A DNA stretch of 64,000 nucleotides from Octopus bimaculoides (taxonomy: Eukaryota): NCBI RefSeq assembly GCF_001194135.2, contig NC_069000.1:47272792-47336791 (forward strand), in the 5' to 3' direction. Below the pieces are notes generated by a model, which saw only the letters and a list, made by a program, of their open reading frames with translations, had not been told where the DNA came from and did not search any database. Position numbers and translations under genes: made by a program. Below, in pieces: positions 53,512 to 64,000 of this stretch. The number at the start of each line of letters is the position of its first letter. The first letter of the stretch is position 1.

Positions 53512-55884
53512 TTAAACACTGTTACCACCACTACTACTAAACACCAAGCGACACCCTCCTCCCCCAATACCATCGCACCTCATTCCCCCCATGACCCTCT
53601 CGACTGGATTGACTACAGCTTTCCCACCCCCCAAACTCTCCCTGTGTTGGTGTGTTTAAGTGACTTCTTACACTTTCATCCTCTCAAAGAGGAAGAGAGT
53701 AGGAGAGAAGGGGGAAGGGGCAGAAAGAGGGGTAGTAGCAGGAGGAAGAGGAGGAGGAGGAGGCAGACAAGGAATGTGATTTTAACCCCAAATGAAATTT
53801 AGTCCACTGCACCCTCACCACCACCTCCACCACCATCATCATCATCACCACCACCTTCACCATTGCATGCCGTCGACATCACCACCAGCACCACAACACC
53901 AACATCATTGCACCTTTTTTTACTCATTGTTTCATTATCACTGAGTACAGGGGTGGGGGGAGGGTTTCTGTTGTGTTTTTTGGGTGGGGTAAGTTGTTAC
54001 CCCAGCAACCATAACAACAACAACAACACTCGTTAAATTGTGGAAAAAAATGGTTCTACCCTTTGATCATCTTCACTGAACTTACCTCTCCTTCATAATA
54101 ATAATAATAATAATATGGCAGTGCTCTAGAATAGTCGTCACAACTAAACCAATTTTGTTAGTGAATGCCTGGTGTATTACTGGTATTTATTTTGGGATTG
54201 CCAGGGATACAAAATACAACTGCTATGTTTTGGCTCTCTTCACCTTCCTCAGCCAATAATAATAATAATAATAATAACTGAGGTGACTGTACTCCGTAGA
54301 GTACAATGCAGATATCCTGTTTGCCTGTCTGTACTCTGTTGTCAATAACTGTCACAGCACTCTGGCTGTGCCACACTGGACAAACAAATAGTTGGGGGTT
54401 TCAAATCCTTCTCATCATTACGTTTGTCACTCTTATCTGTTTCTAGCACAGTCTTTGTAGCTGTAAGTAGGTACCACCATACGGTATGGTTTGTAGTCCA
54501 CTGTATCAGTTGATCAACCATTTTTGTAATGATTTTAGAAAAACAACTCGTTAACTGAACACCATTTGTCAATGTAAACTTGGTTTGAGCTTCACCCACT
54601 TGGCTCTGCGCTACCACCTTGACTACAGCACTACCCTGCACCAAACTGCTCCATTGTATTGTATCCCCAGCCACTGAGTCCCTATCCTTTTCTCTCTTTT
54701 ATTGAATACCTTAATCCCCATTGTTCCCTTTCTTGGTGTAGTTGTAGAAGCCAGTTTGTGAACTCTCTCCCTCTCTCTTTGCTGGATCAATGATGACAAT
54801 AATAATAATAATAATAATGATGATGAAATTCCTCTTTATTGCTACTGTTGTTGCTGTTGGTGGTGATTCTGAACATTCGGTGGATGACACCATATTAGTG
54901 GTACCTGCTTATAGATCAAAGTTGTTCCAGCCATGATTGTCCTGTCTTGTTTCCTCCAGATTATATTACCCCAACGTGTCCATCTCCCTTTTAAGGCAAT
55001 AGGGTGTGATTTGAGATATATTTAGCTGCCATTTGTAGCAAGTCAAACGACCATGTAGAGGCTCCCTCCCTGGCACTTAGAAGTCACCACTGAAGTGTTT
55101 TGTGCTTGGTGTTGGAGAAGGCATCCAATCATAGAAGCCATGCTATGGATGACATTGGAGCTTGGTGCAGCACTGTGGCTTGTCAGATCCTGCCAAATCA
55201 TCCAACCCATGCCAGCATTGAAAATCGATTTTAAATGATGATGATGATGATGATGATGTTTATATGAGAGAGAGAGAAATAGTCACCATTTTGCTGTATA
55301 TAGAGGTAACCTGTATGCCAGGTATGCCAATTCTGCCACACTTTAGTCTAAGTGACTCCCCACACACTGGGTGACTGTATGGGGCTACAATGTGGGCCCT
55401 AGGGGTATGTTGGTGGTGGTGTTATGGCAACAGGGTTCGGTGAGTCAGTGGTGGTAAATTCTTGGCAAACAAAATTCAGTTTCAAATTAACATTTGACTT
55501 TGTAACTGGTTGCATTGCTGCCTTAGTAAGGGCATGATTGTCACCACTTCCCGTCTTTGTTTCAATACACTGATAGATTAACAAAATGTCCTTACATGTC
55601 ATCTCTGTCTTGTCTCTATTATATTTCCCTTGTCTAACTAATTACTTTCACCCTAATTAAATATTGTAACTCTAATGACATTCCTCTCTATCTACCATGG
55701 CCTCTCTCTGCCTCCTTCTCCCCTTCACTCACTCTCTTTTCTTTGTCTCCTTCACTCATTCTTTCACCAAAAAAAAAACCATTCAGTGTTTGTCATTTGT
55801 CATGAAGCGATTTCATTTGGGTTGGTCTGCCTTCCAAACATCTTGAGAAATACGTACATACAATTATTTATATATATATATATG

Positions 55885-55887
<3 letters not shown>

Positions 55888-55970
<83 letters not shown>
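55888..55970. repeat. (CA)n microsatellite
   Basis: About 41 uninterrupted AC units. Confidence 0.95.
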
Positions 55971-55974
<4 letters not shown>

Positions 55975-56389
55975 TACATACATTTTCTTAACATGGAGTT
56001 CTGTCATGTAAGACCAATTTCCCAACATCTTCCTGTTAAATGGAAGTTAACAAGCACAGAATTGGTGAGAAAATATGTTTTATATTATGGAAACTGTGTT
56101 ATAGGAAAGGTTCTTGGGTAGAGCTCTTACATAATGTGGCAGATGCCTGTATGTGTGTGATGTTCATTTGTGTATGATACTAAGCAGTAATAACATTCTC
56201 TCCGACCGGTTAATTTCATCCAGTCGTTCATTCAGCCATATATGGATTGACAATGAATGTAATCCTTGTTTATCTCATGCATAAATTAACATATATTATA
56301 CAGATATATATTAATATATATTTAACTCTACACACTTCCAACACAACACTGTATTGAATACTTTTGTTTTTATACCACAACATAAACTA

Positions 56390-56429
<40 letters not shown>

Positions 56430-56463
56430 NNNNNNNNNNNNNNNNNNNNNNNNNNNNNNNNNN

Positions 56464-56518
<55 letters not shown>

Positions 56519-57315
56519 TATATTTATTATATTGCCATAAAATTGCAGTGGGATTGTCAAGAAGCGAAGCATCACCCTGTCTTGTTGCCTGTCACACTTC
56601 AACTGGTCCTAAATCAGCCCAAAGAAGCCCCTGCTGAGTTACCAAAGAATCCTATGTACAATAGCTATGTAGGACTGTCTATGAAATGGCTAGTGATGGC
56701 CTCCATGAGGAATGTTTTGATTTTAGCTGGTAACATTGGCATGGGTTCTTTCATCATGTGTGGCAGAGATTGATGACTGGGAGAAAAGTTTTTTCCATCA
56801 CAAGTTACCAAACTTTGAATGGAAAATATCTTCAGGGAATCATTGCAAATGGTGATGAATTCTTCTGAGATTATTTGAAGGGAGACATTTAGGGATTTAG
56901 TCTTGAAGCTAAGATTCCTGCAAACTATGATAGGCATTTAGTTTAGTCTTGTAGACTTGGCTTTCTCAACTAATTGTTACTGGTTTCTCTCCACGACAGT
57001 CATAATTGTAATCAGAAGGGGTGTGACGTAATTTGTGTGACCTTTCAGATGGGAATAGGGTCAGGGATGGAGAAAAAGAAGGAATAGTAAGGGATCACGT
57101 GCCTTTAGGCCCCACTGCATCCTCAGGTGTATATGATAAATTACATAGATGTATATATATGTATGTATACAATTGTGTGCGCGTAATGTCATTCTACATC
57201 ATTGCTTTATCAGTGCTTAGTTTACAATAATTAACAAACAAGCAAAAATAATCTAAATAAAAGAAGGAAACAAAACAAATCTTGTTCGTTTTCTGAATGA
57301 GATTTTACATTTTAA

Positions 57316-57363
<48 letters not shown>

Positions 57364-58649
57364 ATTCCCTGTAAACTGTAGTGAAGCAGCTGCCTGCTCT
57401 TATATAGTTTCGCCCCCTTTTCTTTTCATCTGAAAAAAATAAACTCTTTTTTTTTTTTTTTTTAAAGGAGTTTTCAAAGAACAGAAAGAAACTCCTTATT
57501 CAATGTTTTTTTAAGACATTCTTAGACAACAGTTTGGCACAAGTGGTTCCTGATATCAAGAATTTTGCATTTATACCTGTGTGTGTGTGTGTGTGTATGT
57601 TTTATTGCATTCACAGTACAAAGCCTACATAAAAAAAAAACAAAGACCTGAAGAAAAGGTGAGAGAAATTCACTCTCTCTCTCTCTCTCTCTTTCCCTCT
57701 CTCTCTCTCTCTTTCCCTCTCTCTCTCTCTCTTTCTCTCTCTTCTCATGTTTGTGTGATTGTGTAACAGACACAAGCACATGCACTTATACATATATATA
57801 CATGTAATTCCACTTATTCAATTGTACAGAAAGTAATTGTATAAATGAAGTAAAAAAAAATAAATATTACAAAATCTAAATCCCAATAAAATGTGTGAAG
57901 TTTTAAAATTGCAGCCCATTTTTTGAAATTTGTTTGTTTCTAGGGGTCAGTGTATGGGGAGGAGGGGTCTCTTAACAGTTCTACATCTCTTACCCCCGCC
58001 CCCCTCTCTCCTTAAAACATAAACATTTAATATAAGAAACTTTGATAATGTCTATTTTGTCCCTCAAACTTCTTTGTTTATTTTTAGTTTTTTTTCTTTT
58101 ATTTCTTTGTTATTGATTCTGGAAGAGAATTCATTTTTCAAAAGTCTTCAGCAATTTATTCTTTAGAAGAGTACAACACAAATAATGATGATGATAATAA
58201 TAATAATAATAATAATAATAAGCAAAGCCTGCATAAATATTGAAAACCAAATTAAACCAAGCTACTCACTGCCAGAAGAATTCGTCAATCAATACAGACA
58301 AAGACATTAATTAGTTAAGTAACGACTAAACACCACACTTTCTCCACTGCAAGGATCCTGGTACTTTCGTTTCTAAATGTTCTCTTGTTCCAAGTTCCTG
58401 CCATGTCTTGAAACGGTTCACATCGGTTCTTGTTTGTCCCAACAATAGGTACACATCTCTCTGTCTTAATATGACCAACACTACTCCAGGAGTGTCTCTC
58501 GTGGTCACATACCTCCTTGTTTAGTCATTAATCTTCAGATTGTAAGTAAAAATACTGCCCCCATCCTTCTGTCTTCATCTGGGTGTCACCATTTTCTAGA
58601 GAATCATTTGCTCAACCATTGGTCAATCTGGCAAGCAAATCTATGAAAT

Positions 58650-58985
58650 ACACACACACGTTTGTGTGTGTATATATGTACATACATATATATATATATG
58701 TGCATATATGTATATATATGTGCATATATGTATATATATATATATATATGCATATATATATATATGTGCATGTGTGTATATATATATACACATATGTATG
58801 TATGTGTGTATATATATATGTATGTATATATGTATGAAGATATATATATATATGTATGTATATATATATGTCTGTGTATGTATATGTGTGTGTATATATA
58901 TATATATGTATGTATATATAAGTATCCATGTGTATGTACATATATATATATATAATATTACATATGTATGTATGTAATACATGCG
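58650..58985. repeat. Complex (TA/TG/TATG)n microsatellite
   Basis: Seen directly; source of the Y/I/C/V/M-rich spurious ORFs. Confidence 0.95.
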
Positions 58986-58999
58986 TGTGTGTGTCTGTA

Positions 59000-59130
59000 T
59001 TAAATAAAATGAGAGAACAAAACCAAGGCTGTGTGGAATTTTCGGGACATTTATAAAGAGAAAGGTAGTCACACAGCTGTGTCTGGAGTATTAGGGATAT
59101 CCCTTTATCAGAGACAATGTGAGAGAGTTA
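59000..59130 (-). mobile_element. Penelope-like pLTR remnant with decayed hammerhead
   Basis: Shares accaaggctgtgt...acatttataaa...acagctgt...atatccc...atcagagaca.tgtgagag with the 39 kb copy. The core is mutated (CUGAUAA, GACAC, GUG). Confidence 0.6.
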
Positions 59131-60479
59131 CAAAGAGGGAAATAGAAGAGTTCAGTATAACGAGTGATTTTGGAAAAGGAAGGACATATATATATATATA
59201 TATATCTAAAAGGCAAGTAGTTTTAGTATATTGGTTATGTGCAAGTAAGTATAGTTATCTCTGTTTTCCGATTCGACCATTGAATGAATCCATACAAAGG
59301 GATATTCACATGTTTAGCCCTGGAAACAGAATCAGATTTCTCTGTTTTAAGTTGCTTAATCCAGAGATACATCTGTGTTAAGCTCCTTATTCTTCAGATC
59401 CAGCAATCCACTCTTTGTTTAATCCTCTCCAATCATATCTGTTATCAGTTGATTGTTTTTAATCCAGGACATTTTGCTTAATTTATTGTTGTTGCTTGAT
59501 CCACCAAACAACTCTTTTAATCTCCGTAATCCTTCCAGAAACCCACATTCTTGCATCAGGTACTGTTTTAGGACCAGCTCTTAATCCTTGTTTGAAATTT
59601 TTACAGAAATATTTTAGTTAAATTTCTCTTTGTTAGCAGCAGATGTTGGATAAAAGAAAAAAAAGTGTTTAATCATTAGTGTTGGCACTGTAAATATTCA
59701 ATATTTTTGGTATTTTCCTGCTTCTTTTATTTATTCCAAAGAACTTTTCCCTAACGTCTCCCTTTTTACCATTCTACTTTAACTGGAGAAGATTTGAAAC
59801 CCAACCTTCATTTCACAATTTTTGAGATTTGAGAGAAATAATAATAATAATAATAATCTATTTTAGGCTCAAGGCTAACAATTCTAAGGGGGGTAAAGAA
59901 TAGTTGATTTGATTCCAATCTTTCCCTGTTTGAGTGTCATTTGGTAAAATGGTGCCAACTGGACCCTCTTCTGTTATGAGTGATGATTGAGGTGTTGTGG
60001 GGTTAGCAGAGACCAGGTTGTGACACAATGGCACAGTGATTCCAAAACCATTATTGCTTCTCTGTGAGAAGTCTGTGAAAAAACATTTCTCTTTTTATTT
60101 TAAGGATTCTTTTTTTTTTTTTCTTGTAAATAAATTTGGATTTTAACAATTTCAAAAAAAAAACAATGAATGGTTTTCTCTTCACATTTATTTTCTGATT
60201 ATATATATATATATATATATATNNNNNNNNNNNNNNNNNNNNNNNNNNNNNNNNNNNNNNNNNNNNNNNNNNNNNNNNNNNNNNNNNNNNNNNNNNNNNN
60301 NNNNNNNNNNNNNNNNNNNNNNNNNNNNNNNNNNNNNNNNNNNNNNNNNNNNNNNNNNNNNNNNNNNNNNNNNNNNNNNNNNNNNNNNNNNNNNNNNNNN
60401 NNNNNNNNNNNNNNNNNNNNNNNNNNNNNNNNNNNNNNNNNNNNNNNNNNNNNNNNNNNNNNNNNNNNNNNNAACAATG

Positions 60480-61197
60480 ATGATATATGTATGTGGATAT
60501 ATGTATGTATGTGGACATATATATGTATGTATATGGATATATATATATATATAAATATATGTATGTGTGTATGTGAATATATATGTATATATATATATAT
60601 GTGAATATATATGCATGTATATATATATATGTATGTATATATATTTTTATTATGTGCCCCTTTAAAGCCTAGCCAGGCTCACGGGCCCGGTTTCCCGGTT
60701 TCTATGGCGTGTGTGTTTCACCCCCAGCTGGACAGGACGCCAGTCCATCACAGCGTTACTCAAGAAACAGTGAGAGAAAGTTGAGGTGAAAGAGTACAAC
60801 AGGGGTTGCCACTACCCCCTGCCGGAGCCTCGTGGAGCTTTTTAGATGTATGTATGTGTGTGTATATATATATGTGTGTGTGTGTATATATATGTATGTG
60901 TGTATATATGTGTATAAATATATGTATGCATATATATATATGCATATGTGTAGATATATATGGATGTTTGTATATATATATGTGTGTATATGTATGTATG
61001 CATATATATGCATATAACTATATATATATGGATTTATGCATATATATATATATGGATGTATATATGTATGTGTATGTATATATATGTGTAAGTTTATGTA
61101 TGACTATGTATATATGTATATATATGTATGTATGTATATATATATATATATATGAATGTATGTATGTATGACTATGTATATGTGTATGTATGTATAC
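60480..61197. repeat. Two complex (TA/TG/TATG)n microsatellites flanking a small SINE/L2-tail-like insert (about 60650-60845)
   Basis: Seen directly; the insert contains ggacaggacgccagtccatcacagc. Confidence 0.85.
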
Positions 61198-62320
61198 TCA
61201 TGGATCATCATCTGATAATGTTTCTAAAGAGGAAAAGCCTCTTGCCTTTGAAATATAAACAGAAATTGTGGTTTTCTTTTTGACGGTGAATTCGTTTCTA
61301 CCAGAGAAACATACACATACATGATTTCACTTTCAATTGATACACACACACACACACAGAGGTTCATTAATTATACACACGTTCACAGACACACATACTT
61401 TCCACTAACAACCACACCCACACTTGCAAATTCTCCTGTAAATATATTTATAATTAACTCCTGCCTCATATTCTTTGATCTAGTGAAGAACAAAATAATT
61501 AATTACTCCAAATGAATTAATGAAAAAACATCACTAACTCGTTCACTTTGAGTCGAAATCTCAAATACCCCTCATCCCCCACCCCGTTGCCCCTAAAATT
61601 GTTGATAATCGTTCAGACTTGATCTTCTGCCCTCTCAAAGAATTAAAAAAGCAAAAACAACAAAAAAGACATTTCTGTTTTGTAAAAGATTTTGCAAAAG
61701 AAAATCCTAGTTAGAAATATTTANNNNNNNNNNNNNNNNNNNNNNNNNNNNNNNNNNNNNNNNNNNNNNNNNNNNNNNNNNNNNNNNNNNNNNNNNNNNN
61801 NNNNNNNNNNNNNNNNNNNNNNNNNNNNNNNNNNNNNNNNNNNNNNNNNNNNNNNNNNNNNNNNNNNNNNNNNNNNNNNNNNNNNNNNNNNNNNNNNNNN
61901 NNNNNNNNNNNNNNNNNNNNNNNNNNNNNNNNNNNNNNNNNNNNNNNNNNNNNNNNNNNNNNNNNNNNNNNNNNNNNNNNNNNNNNNNNNNNNNNNNNNN
62001 NNNNNNNNNNNNNNNNNNNNNNNNNNNNNNNNNNNNNNNNNAATTGTTGATTGTGGAATGAAGAAATGGTCCCCCATGGACCTTGCAGCCCTTTCTCCTC
62101 GGAGACTGGTGACATCGGTGTTATTAATGTTAAACTGACCCTTTTCTGGCTAAATATTTTCCCTGTTTTATGTTCAAACCAGCCAGATCTGGCCTCTCAC
62201 ACCTACCCTACAATGTTATTCTCAAAATAAACAATCACATCATCAAAACCTTGTAGCAATGAGATAATCCAGGATTAAAACAAAACAATGTGAATAAATA
62301 AGGATTACTATCAGAACTAG

Positions 62321-62807
62321 CAAGGTCTAGAATCGAAAGGCCTTAGAGTCAACCTAGCAAAAACCAAGGTCATAATAAGTAGGAAGACACAACAAATCAC
62401 AAATCCCTTGAGGTAGATGGCCCCGCTTGATCTGTAGAAAAGGCAGAGGTAGAAACTCCATAAGATGTACCCAGTGTATGCTATGGACACATAAGAGGTG
62501 CAGCAATATCAAAAGAAGGTTAACCGGGAAAGATAGTTTTTGTGTGTGAAAGATGCACAGGGGCAATAAACACCGAAGGTGTACAGAAAACAGATTCCAT
62601 CACATGCCAAAGAAGAAACCTAGATGTAGTTGATAGCTTCCATTATGTAGGTGACAAAGTCTGTAGCGGGGCTGGATACTCTGAGAGCATAGCTGCTGGA
62701 ATAAGAATAGCCTGGGCAAAGTTGAGAGAGCTGCTGCCTCTGCTGGCAACAGAGAGCCTCTCACTCAGTGAAAGGTAGACTGTATGATGCATGTGTTTGA
62801 ACAGCCA
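62321..62807 (+). mobile_element. RTE-X-type LINE fragment (post-RT region with Cys/His zinc-finger-like insert)
   Basis: QGLESKGLRVNLAKTKVIIS, WP..ICRKG.GRNSIRCTQCMLWTHKRCSNIK, FVCERC, VVDSFHYVGD...IRIAWAKLRELLPLL, GRLYDACV; frameshifted. Confidence 0.85.
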
Positions 62808-64000
62808 TATCTTTGTGCAGCTGAAGATTGCACTGCATTTTACATTTGATATATATATATATACACACTTTTCTGTTCCATTACATGTAGGATCAACAGA
62901 AAAAGTACTCCATCCAATGAGAGATAAGCATCATTCAATGTACACAGTATTTAAAATGAGAGATACTAATAGTTTCTTGTAAATTTATATAATGTGTGCC
63001 TTGCATCTGCAAGCAATCTGCAGGCTCAGTGTCTCCATGGCAAGAAACTATTTGTAGCTCTTATTTTAAATACTGTGTACATTAAGTGATACACACACAC
63101 ATATATGTATATATCCATTTAGTATTAACTGTGGGAGAAAAAGAGTATAAAATACAGGATCTTCTGGCAAACTGTGAGTGGAAAAATATATTTTTGTATA
63201 TATACTGATTATGTAGGTTGGTTGGTAGGTGTGTAGACAATTAGACAGACAGAGAGACAGACAAATATATATTCATTAAACGTCAGTCATACAATCCATC
63301 TTTGCCGCAAGACTTCCCTAATTATCTCCCTTCATCTATTCAGCCGTCCCAGAGTTCAGTGACCTCCTCCTCCATTTGACTCTTAATGTCACTATTTCTT
63401 ATTGGTGTCATTAACACTTAAACTCTGTCCTCATCAAACAGATCTAATGTTAAAGGCGTTACAGTCATGACTACACCGCCTTTCTTTTCTTCTTTTTTGT
63501 TTACGTTTAAATACCTTCCTATTTAGATATATTGTTCAAGTTATAGACAGACAGACAGACAGATAGATAATTTATTCTGCAGGGATTACAAAGTAACTCG
63601 AGGATCGAAAGATTTGTGCATTGACACTTACCAAAGTTTGACAAGTGTCAATCCAGTTTACGTCACTTTGTAACTTTTACCGAGTGTGTATTAGGGGGAG
63701 GGGCGAGCATGTGTATGTGTGTGTGTCTATTCACACACACATATATGTATGTACGTACGAATCAATGTGTACATATAAGTTGTAATTAAAATTGAAGTTT
63801 AGGTAAGAGAGTTTAAGGTGTAGTATCGAAACCTTGTTATGGCAAGGTCCCTTGTCGTGCCCCCTGCAGAGCACCTTCATCGCTTGCGGTTACCAGGTGT
63901 GATCTGGAGTAGCGCACTTTCGTTGCTGGGTGGGTGATCTTTCGGGGTACAAAAAGCACGTGCCTTTTTGACATTTATGATACTTATATAGAAATTTTGC

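Noticed and set aside
54342-54674. 110-aa minus-strand ORF downstream of TAF4
   Set aside because: No recognisable domain or splice context; it probably lies within the TAF4 3'UTR.
63830-63970. Possible U11/U3/vault RNA or HDV-like ribozyme
   Set aside because: Only isolated short matches (TGTCGTG, AGAGCACC, GCGGTTAC); the required boxes, Sm site or P1-P4 pseudoknot could not be built.

Overview
This is eukaryotic (animal) genomic DNA, not prokaryotic. It is AT-rich and dense in microsatellites and tRNA-derived SINEs, and it has six N-gaps (8067-8254, 12985-12994, 39636-39735, 56430-56463, 60223-60472, 61724-62041). The repeat landscape looks like a coleoid cephalopod (Octopus-like) draft assembly; that is an inference. 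Three spliced housekeeping genes can be rebuilt exon by exon with consistent GT-AG sites and phases. (1) Mitochondrial aspartate aminotransferase GOT2 on the minus strand: 10 coding exons at 7117-14042, with the presequence exon not securely located. (2) The P-body protein LSM14/RAP55 on the minus strand: 10 exons at 26619-33248, about 463 aa. (3) TFIID subunit TAF4 on the plus strand: 14 exons at 33552-53446, about 1156 aa. LSM14 and TAF4 are head-to-head, with only 303 bp between start codons and NRF1/YY1-type motifs in the gap. Introns and intergenic DNA hold Penelope-like, RTE/RTE-X, CR1, Tc1 and piggyBac-type MITE remnants plus several SINE families. The most notable items are: a structurally complete minimal type-I hammerhead ribozyme motif in a Penelope-like remnant in TAF4 intron 1, with a decayed sister copy at 59 kb; the TAF4-LSM14 divergent pair, which matches my recollection of the human TAF4/LSM14B arrangement; an in-frame 81-nt LSM14 exon carrying an LC8-type GIQVD motif; a same-strand TAATCC cluster; and a TATAACGCGG array in LSM14 intron 1. 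Most listed six-frame ORFs are microsatellite artefacts. I found no CRISPR array, rRNA or true tRNA gene. I cannot claim a wholly new biological system; the findings are testable candidates.
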